Origin: an uncultured Verrucomicrobiae bacterium
GTDB taxonomy: Bacteria; Verrucomicrobiota; Verrucomicrobiia; Limisphaerales; Palsa-1400
DNA length: 64,000 nucleotides
Direction: 5' to 3'
Assembly: GCA_963764165.1 (NCBI GenBank)
Contig: CAVXRD010000002.1
Location: 2,336,001 to 2,400,000 of the forward strand
Shown here piece after piece: positions 1-9,571 of the stretch (position 1 is the first letter of the stretch; each line of letters starts with the position of its first letter). The position numbers were made by a program, and so were the translations under genes. The notes beneath the pieces were generated by a model. That model was not told the DNA's origin. It saw only the letters and a list, made by a program, of their open reading frames with translations, and searched no databases.

Positions 1-10
1 AACACCGCAG

Positions 11-2215
11 GTGGGCATTACAGGCACTCCAGTCATCGACCTCGCCACCATGACGCTCTATGTGGATACCTTTGAACATACAGCCTCCAATTACATACAT
101 CGCATGCACGCGCTCAATATCGAAACCGGGAAAGAGCGATCCTACAGCCCAGTCATTGTATCCGCGGCGATTCGGGGCGCGGGAGTTGGCGGTTCCAATG
201 GGATGGTGAGATTCGAGGCCATGCAGCAGTTGCAGCGCGCGGCGCTGACGTTGTCGGACGGAATTGTTTATGTTCCTTATTGCGGATACGCGGACAGCGA
301 TCCGTATCACGGCTGGATTCTCGGCTACAATGCCAGCAACCTGAAGCTAACCACCAATAATATCTTCAACACGACACCCAATAGCGTCAACACAGATACC
401 AACGGCGATGCCGGGGAAGCGGGCATATGGATGGGCGGATGCGGGCTGGCGGTGGATGCTTCCGGAGATTTGTATTTCGCCACGGGCAATGGAAGTTTCG
501 ATGCCTACAACGGCACCAACGGAACCGAATATGGCGATAGCTTTATAAAGCTATCCACCGCGCATCATTTGCAGGTGGCGGACTATTTCACGCCTTATAA
601 TCAGGCTTACATGGCCGATAATGATTTGGACATCGGTTCAGGCGGAATACTTCTGCTGCCCAATCAGCCAGGCCAAACTCCCCATCTGATGCTGGCCGGC
701 GGGAAGCTGGGAACGATGTATCTGCTCAATCGCGATGCTTTTACCGAAGGCAACAATCATTATAACGCAGGCGGCACCTCGGACGCCGTATTGCAAACGG
801 TAGCCATGAACGGCGGGCATTTCGACACGCCGGCCTATTTTAATGGCTCAGTCTATGTAACGGCGGCCAATGACTCGCTTTCTTCCTTCGCGGTTGCGGA
901 CGGAATGCTCAACTTGCCCGCGACGTCGGTGGCGAATCGCATCCTGCCGTTCCCCGGGGCGACCCCGAGCGTCTCGGCTTATGGTGGAATGGATGGCATC
1001 ATTTGGATTATTCAATACGGAAATCCGGCCACGCTGGTGGCGGACGCGGCCACCAATGTCTCCGCTGAACTCTATAACAGTGACGAAGCTGGTTCGCGTG
1101 ATCAGCTTGGAGAGGGAACGAAATTTGCCGTGCCCACTGTTGCCAATGGAAAAGTGTATGTCGGAGGCCGCGGAACTCTTTCTGTGTTTGGCTTGCTGGG
1201 CACGGTGTCCACAAACTATCCGCCTTCAGGAACCTACAACGGGCTGTTCTATAGCACGAATGCGGTGGAAATCGGGCAATCAGGATACCTGTCCGTTGTT
1301 GTGAATACAAAAGCGGACTACTCGGGGCGTATGACTTTGGGCTCGAAGGTCTACTCGTTCTCCGGAAAATTCGATGCATCTGGCGCCGCTTACAACGCGG
1401 TGAACGTCGCGGGCCAGGATCCGGTGCAAATACAGCTCCAATTCACGGCCAATAACCCCGAACAACTGGCGGGCACGGTGGGCAATGATGTGTGGACGGC
1501 GCAAGCCCTCGCGGCCGAATCAACCTACAACACCCGCACAAATCCGTGCCGCTACGCGGGCCGCTACAATGTGGTTATCCATGGTCCCGGAAACGGCAAC
1601 GCGCTGGAGCCGCAGGGCGACGGCTACGGAATCGTAACCATCGGCGGCGCCGGCGGACTGGTCTTTGAGGGAACGCTGGCCGATGGCACTCCTGTCAGCC
1701 AGACCACCACCATTTCTGACGCCGGGCAATGGGCGCTTTATTCGTCCATGTACACCGGACAGGGCGAACTCATCGGCTGGCTCAGTTTCACGAACGCCAG
1801 CGCCTCCGGGTTGTCGGGTAAACTTGTCTGGACAAAATCGCCCATTCCGAAAGCCTCTGCCTATAAAGAGGGTTTCTCGCAAAGCGCCGCACTTGAGGGA
1901 TCGCCGTTTAAAGCCGGCACAACAAAATCGCCGCTCTTAACATTTGGCTTTGGGCAATTGGTTTTGAGCGGAGCCGGCCTCGCGGAGAATGCGACCAACG
2001 ACTTTTCAGTGGCCGCAAGCGAACGGATCGAGGCGGCAAAAGGGATCACCATTAATTTTGCCCTCTCATCGGGCGTGTTTCGAGGTTCCGTTCCGAATCC
2101 CGCTGGTGGACATGATTTAAGCTTTATTGGGATATTTTTGCCCGACCAGGATTGCGGTTATGGATATTTCCTGAACAATGGATTGAGCGGCGAAGTCTAC
2201 TTCGGCCCGCAGTAA
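11..2215 (+). CDS. Secreted PQQ-like beta-propeller protein with C-terminal beta-rich domain (5' partial)
   Basis: GITGTPVID, QRAAL, YHGWILGY, GIWMGG and DYFTPYN motifs are typical of PQQ-like propeller proteins. The frame is open to the window edge. Confidence 0.65.
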   Translation: MGITGTPVIDLATMTLYVDTFEHTASNYIHRMHALNIETGKERSYSPVIVSAAIRGAGVGGSNGMVRFEAMQQLQRAALTLSDGIVYVPYCGYADSDPYHGWILGYNASNLKLTTNNIFNTTPNSVNTDTNGDAGEAGIWMGGCGLAVDASGDLYFATGNGSFDAYNGTNGTEYGDSFIKLSTAHHLQVADYFTPYNQAYMADNDLDIGSGGILLLPNQPGQTPHLMLAGGKLGTMYLLNRDAFTEGNNHYNAGGTSDAVLQTVAMNGGHFDTPAYFNGSVYVTAANDSLSSFAVADGMLNLPATSVANRILPFPGATPSVSAYGGMDGIIWIIQYGNPATLVADAATNVSAELYNSDEAGSRDQLGEGTKFAVPTVANGKVYVGGRGTLSVFGLLGTVSTNYPPSGTYNGLFYSTNAVEIGQSGYLSVVVNTKADYSGRMTLGSKVYSFSGKFDASGAAYNAVNVAGQDPVQIQLQFTANNPEQLAGTVGNDVWTAQALAAESTYNTRTNPCRYAGRYNVVIHGPGNGNALEPQGDGYGIVTIGGAGGLVFEGTLADGTPVSQTTTISDAGQWALYSSMYTGQGELIGWLSFTNASASGLSGKLVWTKSPIPKASAYKEGFSQSAALEGSPFKAGTTKSPLLTFGFGQLVLSGAGLAENATNDFSVAASERIEAAKGITINFALSSGVFRGSVPNPAGGHDLSFIGIFLPDQDCGYGYFLNNGLSGEVYFGPQ

Positions 2216-2376
2216 ATGCCCAGTGTTTTTCCGCTTGAAGTCACAACGCAAGCGCCATTCGTTCCATGACCCCTTTCATCGTCTCGGCTTAATCCGAGGC
2301 GACCCTGTTCACGCATCAAGATGAAAACAATTCAAAACGATTAGTGCGCGGGCCGATACCGCGCCACGCGACCCCC

Positions 2377-2566
2377 CAGGGCAGACGCATCTAAATTCCG
2401 AGGTGGGGACGCCTCGCCGAGGCGTCCGGTTGCGCGCGAAAATGCTTTTGGCGTTGTCCGCGAATAATGCCTCACCCGGACGCCTCGGCGAGGCGCCCTA
2501 CCAATCAACGAGCTGGGCGCTCGTTGATTTTCAATAGATTACAAGAATTAAGATGCGTCTGCCCTG
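2377..2566. mobile_element. MITE with 22-bp terminal inverted repeats and a nested REP doublet
   Basis: CAGGGCAGACGCATCTAAATTC at 2377 pairs with GAATTAAGATGCGTCTGCCCTG ending at 2566 (1 mismatch). Imperfect 10-bp flanking repeat cgcgaccccc/cgcgagtccc. Confidence 0.7.
2403..2502. repeat. REP doublet (REPIN-like), GTAGGGACGCCTCGCCGAGGCGTCC family
   Basis: Inverted pair of the same palindrome seen at 17477 and 19945. Confidence 0.8.
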
Positions 2567-2622
2567 CGCGAGTCCCGCATGGGAACTTGCCTTCGCCATT
2601 TACCCGCCTTATGCTTCGGTTC

Positions 2623-2844
2623 ATGGCAACGATATCAGAAGTTGAAAAGCTGGCGTTGGATTTGCCGGAAAGCGACCGAGCCGTTCTGGCGGCCCATTTG
2701 CTCGAATCGCTGCCGCCAGTCCTTCGCGATGAGGACGAAGGCGTCGCTGAGGCACTTCGCCGCGATGCCGATTTGGACAAAAATCCGTCGTTGGGTATTT
2801 CGCTGGAGCAGCTTGACAAACTTATGGGGCGTGGCTGCGGCTGA
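2623..2844 (+). CDS. Putative addiction module antitoxin (TIGR02574-like)
   Basis: MATISEVEKLALDLPESDRAVLAAHLLESL. TGATG overlap with the toxin gene. Confidence 0.8.
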   Translation: MATISEVEKLALDLPESDRAVLAAHLLESLPPVLRDEDEGVAEALRRDADLDKNPSLGISLEQLDKLMGRGCG

Positions 2845-3137
2845 TGCGGTTGATTCTTCACCGTGCCGTTCATTCGGACATAAATCAGATCGTGGCGTAT
2901 TACGTGCAAGCGGGGAATCAGGAGCTTGCGGCTGAATTCTACGACGAGTTGCGCCAATTAATGCTCGAAGCATCCGAGAGGCCGGAGAGTTTTTCAATTC
3001 GAGAGCGTAAGCTGCGCCGCGCGAATCTGCGTCGGTTTCCGTATCATTTTCTATTCCGTGTCGTCGGTGATTCGGTCAAAGTTCTCGTTGTGCGTCATCA
3101 TTCCCGGCATCCGGCTTTGGGGCGTGGGCGCCGCTGA
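2844..3137 (+). CDS. RelE/ParE family toxin
   Basis: 97 aa with RRANLRRFPYHFLFRV...VLVVRHHSRHP, coupled to the antitoxin. Confidence 0.85.
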   Translation: MRLILHRAVHSDINQIVAYYVQAGNQELAAEFYDELRQLMLEASERPESFSIRERKLRRANLRRFPYHFLFRVVGDSVKVLVVRHHSRHPALGRGRR

Positions 3138-3181
3138 TGGTGGACCGTCGTTGAGTTTGAACTGTCCAGCCTTTTTTCCGC

Positions 3182-3209
3182 TTGAAGTCAAGACGAGGGC
3201 AGTTAGGTT
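3182..3209 (+). promoter_or_regulatory. Putative sigma70 promoter (TTGAAG-N16-TAGGTT) for a leaderless transcript starting near GTG 3216
   Basis: Hexamers seen directly. The -10 lies 6 nt before the start codon. Confidence 0.4.
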
Positions 3210-3215
3210 GTGTGA

Positions 3216-3503
3216 GTGGCGGAAAAGCGCAAAAGAAAAACGAAGGCTCTCATGCTCGGCGTCGGTTTGGACACCGACGGGCATAAGCGCCTGACCACCG
3301 GCCCCAACTTTGCCCTCGTCGGCGGCACCGCGGAAACTCACGAAGCGATGACCGAAAAGGCCATCCGCATCAACGAAAAGCTGACGGCCAAAGGCAAGAC
3401 GCTCGATAGTGTCAGCCGCGAGGAATTCGACGACATCGCCCAATCCGTCGGGCTCCAGTCCCCCGAAAAACTGAAGGACAAGAATCAGGACGACAAGAAC
3501 TAA
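3216..3503 (+). CDS. Conserved hypothetical protein
   Basis: LGVGLDTDGHKRLTTGPNFALVGGTAETHE. First gene of the uppS-cdsA run. Confidence 0.7.
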   Translation: MAEKRKRKTKALMLGVGLDTDGHKRLTTGPNFALVGGTAETHEAMTEKAIRINEKLTAKGKTLDSVSREEFDDIAQSVGLQSPEKLKDKNQDDKN

Positions 3504-3518
3504 GTCGATTCCTCTCAC

Positions 3519-4259
3519 TTGACCTTGAATCCGCGCGGCACATTAAGTCCCCAGGCTCAGGCGGGCATTCCCACTCACGTCGCCGTCATCATGGATGGCA
3601 ATGGCCGCTGGGCCAAACAGCGCCACCTTCCGCGCGTCGAAGGCCATCGCAATGGCGTTGAATCCGTGCGCGCCGTGGTCCGGGCGGCGGGCGAAGTCGG
3701 CATCAAATTCCTGACTCTCTACGCATTCTCAGTGGAAAATTGGAACCGGCCCAAGGACGAGGTCGACACGCTGATGAAATATCTGGCCCGGTTTCTCAAA
3801 GGCGAAATCGGCGAATTGAACCGGAGCAATGTCCGGCTCGAAGCCATTGGCCAGATTTACCGGCTGCCGGAATTTGTGCAGGAGCAGTTGGCCAAAACGA
3901 AAGCGGCGCTCTCGAAGAACAACGGACTGACGCTCATCCTGGCCCTCAGTTACGGCGGACGGACGGAGATGGTTGAGGCTGTTCGCAGCATCGCGCAAAA
4001 GGTCAAGGAAGGGCAATTGGAGCCGGCGGAGATCAACGAGCAATTGGTTTCGCAGCATCTCTACACCGCCCATTTTCCCGATCCCGATTTGCTCATCCGC
4101 ACCAGCGGCGAAATGCGGCTCAGCAATTTCCTTCTCTGGCAAATATCCTACGCTGAATTGGTCGTGACGCCGACGTTGTGGCCGGATTTTCGCAAGCCGC
4201 AATTTTTCGAGGCGCTGGAGGAATTCACGCGGCGGCACCGGCGGTTTGGTCTCGTGTAA
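3519..4259 (+). CDS. uppS: Isoprenyl transferase (undecaprenyl diphosphate synthase)
   Basis: HVAVIMDGNGRWA, YAFSVENWNRP and IRTSGEMRLSNFLLWQ motifs. Confidence 0.95.
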   Translation: MTLNPRGTLSPQAQAGIPTHVAVIMDGNGRWAKQRHLPRVEGHRNGVESVRAVVRAAGEVGIKFLTLYAFSVENWNRPKDEVDTLMKYLARFLKGEIGELNRSNVRLEAIGQIYRLPEFVQEQLAKTKAALSKNNGLTLILALSYGGRTEMVEAVRSIAQKVKEGQLEPAEINEQLVSQHLYTAHFPDPDLLIRTSGEMRLSNFLLWQISYAELVVTPTLWPDFRKPQFFEALEEFTRRHRRFGLV

Positions 4260-4261
4260 TT

Positions 4262-5191
4262 ATGCCTGCGCCCATTCCGCCCGCCCCAGCATCCGCGCCC
4301 GTTCCGCTCTCGAAGAAGGCGATATTTTTTCGGCGACTGACCAGCACCGTTATTTTATGGACGGTGGTCATTGGCGGATTGTTTTCGGGTCACAAGATTC
4401 TTTCCGATTACGTTTTTCTTGCCATTGTCCTGCTGCTGGCGGTGACGGGGATGATCGAGTTTTACGGCATGGCGGAACGGCTAAAGTATGCCTGCTATCC
4501 GAAGCTGGGATTATGCGGCGGCATCCTGCTGATTCTGTTCACCTTCGCCTGCACTTCCGGCGAAGTCGGCCGGGCGGTGACACCATCGCGGATGAATGAC
4601 CGCGAGACGATATTCATCATTCTCTTCGTGCTGGGATTGTGTGTGCGGCAATTCGTGTCGCGCAAAGTCTCCACCGGAATTCTCGCCATTTCGATCACGC
4701 TGTTTGGGTTGATGTATGTGCCGTGGCTGCTGAACTTCATCCAAAAAATCAATTTCTTCACCCAGGCTGGAGTGGAGGGGCAATATTACGTTTTGTATTT
4801 TGTGCTGGTGACGAAGTTCAGCGATTGCGGCGCGTACTTTGTCGGCTCGCTGATCGGCAAACACAAAATGATCCCGCGCATCAGTCCGGGAAAAACATGG
4901 GAAGGCTTTGGCGGCGCGATTGTGGTTTCGACCGCCGCCAGCGTCATTTACGCTCACCTCGCGGCGAAACATCTCGTGGGCATGAACCTGATGCACTCGA
5001 TCATTCTCGGCGTTATACTGAGCTTGACAGCCGTGATCGGAGATCTAATCGAATCGCTCTTTAAACGCGAAGCGGGACTAAAGGATTCCGGCGCCATTTT
5101 CCCCGGCATCGGCGGCATTCTGGATTTGCTCGACAGCCTCCTTTTCAACGCCCCCATCATGTATCTCTACTTGCGGCATGTTCTTACGTAG
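4262..5191 (+). CDS. cdsA: Phosphatidate cytidylyltransferase
   Basis: SDCGAYFVG, ISPGKTWEG, GDLIESLFKR and KDSG motifs. Multi-TM protein following uppS. Confidence 0.93.
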   Translation: MPAPIPPAPASAPVPLSKKAIFFRRLTSTVILWTVVIGGLFSGHKILSDYVFLAIVLLLAVTGMIEFYGMAERLKYACYPKLGLCGGILLILFTFACTSGEVGRAVTPSRMNDRETIFIILFVLGLCVRQFVSRKVSTGILAISITLFGLMYVPWLLNFIQKINFFTQAGVEGQYYVLYFVLVTKFSDCGAYFVGSLIGKHKMIPRISPGKTWEGFGGAIVVSTAASVIYAHLAAKHLVGMNLMHSIILGVILSLTAVIGDLIESLFKREAGLKDSGAIFPGIGGILDLLDSLLFNAPIMYLYLRHVLT

Positions 5192-5199
5192 AAGATCTC

Positions 5200-5229
5200 G
5201 GTAGGGCGAGGCTGCCGCCGAGCCGCCCT
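5200..5229. repeat. Single GTAG-type REP palindrome (GTAGGGCGAGGCTGCCGCCGAGCC)
   Basis: Same family as the pair at 20548/20707. Confidence 0.6.
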
Positions 5230-5342
5230 ATTATTGCCATACTTCCCATGAAAATGGGAGTGATGGGAATATTGGGAGGAATGGGAAGCCCGAGCGGCAA
5301 TCCAAAATACTTTGTCACCTCGGGATTGGTTTTTCGGACGTA

Positions 5343-7568
5343 ATGAGTAATATGATGACAAACCTCATGATCGCTTCGGAACCCAATGACGCAAGTCTCG
5401 TGGCCGCCTCGCTGCAAGGCAATCGGGAAGCCTTTGGGTCCATCGTCCGCCGTTACCAATCGCTCATTTGCGCGCTGGCTTACAACGCGACCGGCAACCT
5501 CAGCCAGAGCGAAGACTTGGCGCAGGAAACTTTCCTCGCCGCGTGGCGGCAATTGCCGGGCTTGCGCGAGCCCGCCAAATTGCGCCCCTGGCTCTGTCGC
5601 ATCGCGCGCAATCTCAGCTGCGATTTGCTTAAGCGCGAGGGACGCGAGCCCGTGGGCGCGGCCGAGTCGCTGGATTCCGTCGCGGAAAGCCACGCCATCG
5701 AGCCGACTCCAATGGAGCGCACGATGTCGCGCGAGGAGGAAGCGATTTTGTGGCGTTCGATTGAGCAATTGCCAGAAGGCTGCCGCGAACCACTGATTCT
5801 TTTCTATCGCGAGCATCGCTCCATCTCGAGTGTGGCGGAGGCGCTGGACTTGTCCGAGGACGCTGTCAAACAAAGACTTTCCCGCGGGCGCAAACTCCTT
5901 GCCGATCAAGTGATGGCGTTCGTGGAAGGCGCATTGGAACGCACCGGCCCGGGACCGGGATTCGCGGGCAACGTCCTGGTGGCGCTGCCAGCGATGACAT
6001 CGACAGTGACAGGAGGCGCAGCGGTGAAAGCTGGGGGGGCCGGACTGAAAGGCCTTCTCGCTGCGGTGTTCCCGATTTTTCTCGGCAATTACGCAGGCTA
6101 CCGGGCAAGCCTTGCCTTGGCTTCGACTGAACAAGAGCGGTTTTATGTCAGGCAATTCTACCAACGGCTTCTCGCCGCCGTCGTCGGTTATTCCGTCCTC
6201 CTATCCGCGCTGGTTTGGTGGGGATCGTTGGAGGGCCGGCATCACAAACAATTGTTGACATCGCTGGTGGCCGGATTGTCTGTGGCGGGCGCTGGAACGT
6301 TTCTCGGGCTGGGGCTTTGGTCGTTCCGAACTGGCCGCCGCTTCGCGCCCACGCGCGCAACTCCGGTGGCGTGGGAATATCGAAGCGCCACTGCGTTTTT
6401 TGGACTGCCGCTGGTGCACATTCGCGTTGGCGGGGCTATGCGCGGGAAGGATTGCGTGGTTAAAGCATGGATTGCGGCTGGCGGATGCGCTGTTGGCGGG
6501 CTGTTCGCCTTCGGCGGGATGGCGGTTGCTCCGATTTCCATAGGAGGGTGCGCGCTCGGAATTATTTCGTGGGGCGGGACGGGCATCGGGCTGCTGCCTG
6601 TGGGAGGACTCGCAATCGGCGCATGGGCGATCGGGGGATTGGCGTTGGGTTGGACCTCTTTCGGCGGTTGCGCAGTGGCCTGGAAAGCGGCGACGGGCGG
6701 AGTCGCCGCTTCCCACGACGTGATGAGCGGCGACGCGACAACAAATGCGTTTTTCCGTGGCGCGACGTGGTTTGTGAGCCATTCATTGTGGTTGAATCTA
6801 GTCTGGGTGGTGCCAATGGTCGGCTGGTGGGCTTTGGCCTCGCGAGCCAAACGCCGGTTGCTGGCTGTCGCATTTACCACAGCGCTCTTCACGTTGACGG
6901 CCAGTCGCCCAGCCATCGCAGGCGATGCGCCTGCGCCGACAAATTCCATGCCTGACCGCTTCGACAATCTCATCCGCGACGATTTCTTTTCCGGCGACCC
7001 GGAGAAATTCAAGCAGGCGATGAAGCTGTGCGAAGACCGCCTGGCCAAGGACCCGAAATATGCGCCCGCGCTGGCCTGGAAAGGCTCGGGCGACCTGGCG
7101 TTGGCGGGAAAGGCGTTCCAAAGCAATGACATCCCGGAAGGCATGCGCCTTTACGAACAAGGTTTGAAGGAAAGCGATGACGCGGTCGCAATGCGGCCCG
7201 GCGATCTGCAAGTTTTGATCCCGCGCGGATCGACTTATCTCGGGATTGCCAAGTACAACCCGGTTCCGCAAGTGTCGCGCCACCTTTACGAGACCGGCGT
7301 GAACGATTACGAGAAAGTGCTCCAATTGCAGCAGCCGCGCTTTGCCCAAGTCTCACGCCACGCCAAGGGCGAGCTTCTTTCGGGTCTGGCCTATGGATAC
7401 CTCGAGCTTGGCAATCTGGAAAAATCCCGCGCCATCCTCGAACGCATAAAAAAAGAATGCCCCGATTCCGCGTATTCCCGCCGGGCGGAGGAATGGCTCG
7501 CCATCAAGGATGTGGCGATTCTAAAGAAAAAAGGCGATGCCATGTCCTGCATTGGCTGTCACGAATAA
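5343..7568 (+). CDS. ECF sigma factor fused to a Gly-rich membrane region and a C-terminal helical (TPR-like) domain ending in CxxCH
   Basis: Sigma region 2 (SEDLAQETFLAAW...WLCRIARN) and region 4 (EDAVKQRLSRGRK), several hydrophobic segments, C-terminal SCIGCHE. Confidence 0.8.
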   Translation: MSNMMTNLMIASEPNDASLVAASLQGNREAFGSIVRRYQSLICALAYNATGNLSQSEDLAQETFLAAWRQLPGLREPAKLRPWLCRIARNLSCDLLKREGREPVGAAESLDSVAESHAIEPTPMERTMSREEEAILWRSIEQLPEGCREPLILFYREHRSISSVAEALDLSEDAVKQRLSRGRKLLADQVMAFVEGALERTGPGPGFAGNVLVALPAMTSTVTGGAAVKAGGAGLKGLLAAVFPIFLGNYAGYRASLALASTEQERFYVRQFYQRLLAAVVGYSVLLSALVWWGSLEGRHHKQLLTSLVAGLSVAGAGTFLGLGLWSFRTGRRFAPTRATPVAWEYRSATAFFGLPLVHIRVGGAMRGKDCVVKAWIAAGGCAVGGLFAFGGMAVAPISIGGCALGIISWGGTGIGLLPVGGLAIGAWAIGGLALGWTSFGGCAVAWKAATGGVAASHDVMSGDATTNAFFRGATWFVSHSLWLNLVWVVPMVGWWALASRAKRRLLAVAFTTALFTLTASRPAIAGDAPAPTNSMPDRFDNLIRDDFFSGDPEKFKQAMKLCEDRLAKDPKYAPALAWKGSGDLALAGKAFQSNDIPEGMRLYEQGLKESDDAVAMRPGDLQVLIPRGSTYLGIAKYNPVPQVSRHLYETGVNDYEKVLQLQQPRFAQVSRHAKGELLSGLAYGYLELGNLEKSRAILERIKKECPDSAYSRRAEEWLAIKDVAILKKKGDAMSCIGCHE

Positions 7569-8273
7569 AGATTTCACCGAAAGGTTTCTTCAACGATTTC
7601 GGTGGAGTAGAAGTGCCCAATTTCAAGACTCGAAGGAGCCGAATTATTTAGAAAGGAGCTGTTCGTCACGCGCCCTTGAAATATTCAACTATGCTGGCGA
7701 CCTGTTTCCCGCTGCATGCAGCGGATTAACTTTGTGATTCTGTTCGTCTGACACCTTCCTCAGGAGTGCAGCATTGAGGGTGAAATCCGCCTCGAAAAAC
7801 CAAGAGTGCAATAGGGTGCAATACCGTGCAATGCCCCGATCACGATTTCTGTTCCTCTGCGCACTCATCTTCTCTGCGCGAGAATTCTTTTCCCGCTGTG
7901 GTTTCATCGCGGCATGAAACGCAATCGCGCGCAGAGGCGCGGAGAACGCAGAGGTTCCTCGCGGCCTGAAATGAACCGCAAAATATCAAAGAACACGCCT
8001 TGACGGCGACAGGGAGAAAAATAAGCCCAAAAATCTTTTTTGTCAATTATGCTTGCAGTTCCACGTTTCTGTGGTCTTTTCGAAAGCGTATGACAGCCGT
8101 ATCATCGATTGTTCAGCCGGGGCCGGAGGCGAAAACAGCGCCGGCAGCGCCGGGCCAGGAGTGCCGCGGGCCGACCGGCCGCGCCCGCACCAGCAAAATC
8201 GCGCGCCTGCCCGCCGATAAATGCCCGTCAATCCCGTTGGGATTGCTGGGCGGGCTGCAAGCAGTAACACGAC

Positions 8274-8584
8274 GCGGTTTTTACGGTCCCGGCGCGAGTC
8301 GCGGGAATGGCAGTGGATGAAGACGGATTCCCTTTTCCGAAGACAAAAGTGTAAAAAGTGAGGATTGACGCCGGCCTCGTGCTCACCTCGTGCGCACCTT
8401 TTGGTGGCTTCGGCTGGTCAGACTCAGAATCCTTTTTGCGTCTTGGCGACTTTGCGACTTTGCGTTGAAATTCTTGCCGCCGACATGCGGTTCTTACGGC
8501 CCGGGCGCGAGCGGCGGGAATGGCAGCGGATGAAGACTGATTCCCACTTCCACATACAAAAGTGTCAAAAGTGAGGATTGACGC
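8274..8584 (+). repeat. Two ~98-bp direct repeats (8274-8371, 8487-8584) ending in the end motif; partial third copy at 9410-9465
   Basis: GGATGAAGACKGATTCCC...CAAAAGTGTMAAAAGTGAGGATTGAC seen in two copies and a variant in the third. Confidence 0.85.
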
Positions 8585-8669
8585 TGGTATGACGCTGTTG
8601 GTCTGTTAAACCCTTTTTTGGGAGTTGATTTGGGCTGAGAAGGTTTGCATCTTGGCACCTGTTGGCGGC

Positions 8670-8855
8670 GTGAAAATTCGGGACATGATACGTCTGATTG
8701 AAGATGATGGCTGGTTCTTGGATCGAACTCGCGGCAGCCATCGGCAATACAAACACCCGGTCAAGCGAGGGCTGGTAACTGTGGCTGGCAAGCCGGGCGA
8801 TGACCTTGCGCCGGGGACAAAAAACAGCATATTAAAACAGGCAGGATTGAAATGA
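8670..8855 (+). CDS. hicA: HicA family mRNA interferase toxin
   Basis: DGWFLDRTRGSHRQYKHP...VTVAG...GTKNSILKQAGL. Confidence 0.9.
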   Translation: MKIRDMIRLIEDDGWFLDRTRGSHRQYKHPVKRGLVTVAGKPGDDLAPGTKNSILKQAGLK

Positions 8856-9067
8856 GCCGATACTTGATCGTTATTGAGAATACCGTCACGGGCTTCTCAG
8901 CGTATTCACCGGATTTGCCTGGCTGCGCCGCGACGGGCGAGACCCGCGATGTGGTTGAGTCCGAGATGCACGACGCGATTGAATTCCACATCGAGGGCCT
9001 GCGAAGGGCTGGCGAGCCCGTGCCTCAGCCCCGATCTCACGCCGCGTATTGCGACGTGGCAGCTTAA
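8852..9067 (+). CDS. hicB: HicB family antitoxin
   Basis: YLIVIE...FSAYSPDLPGCAATGET...AIEFHIEGL. 4-nt overlap with hicA. Confidence 0.9.
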   Translation: MSRYLIVIENTVTGFSAYSPDLPGCAATGETRDVVESEMHDAIEFHIEGLRRAGEPVPQPRSHAAYCDVAA

Positions 9068-9571
9068 CAGACTCTGTCCGTCAAGGCAGCGAGGAACTTC
9101 CCACCGCCCCAAAAACAGCAAGAAGGGGAATTCCCGAAACCTTTGCGTCCTTGCGTTAAGAATGTCTTTGCTGCGGGGACCGAAGGGAAAACGGAGGGGA
9201 ATTAACGCCATGAGGCCAAGGCCCATGGACGCGGAGATTCTGCCGATTTTTCAGACGCCTCTTCTCAGCGTTGAAATAAATATGTAATTATGTTGGGCTG
9301 ACCCCTCGCTCGGACCGGTAGGGCGGCGCTGCGTCGCCGCCCCAGTATCGCTTTCCCGCAACAAGCCCGCAGGACACGAAGAAATTTGGCTTTTATCTGA
9401 CGGATGGGCCGGATGAAGACTGATTCCCATTTCCAAATACAAAAGTGTCAAATGTGAGGGTGATGTTAGCACCGATTTGAAAATGCAGATGGATGTGGCT
9501 GGCGGCGCGCAGAGGGGCTGGATTATTGTGTTTCAATAAGTGAAGCGGTCGCATAATAAGGGCTTGATCGC

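Noticed and set aside
2266..2345. Leader peptide/attenuator (MTPFIVSA plus hairpin)
   Set aside because: No regulatory codon run and no downstream biosynthetic gene. The region is disrupted by a MITE.
9062..9162. attC site after hicB (GCTTAAC...GTTAAGA)
   Set aside because: The core boxes are complementary but the interior does not pair. The right part is a CTTTGCG-type short repeat.
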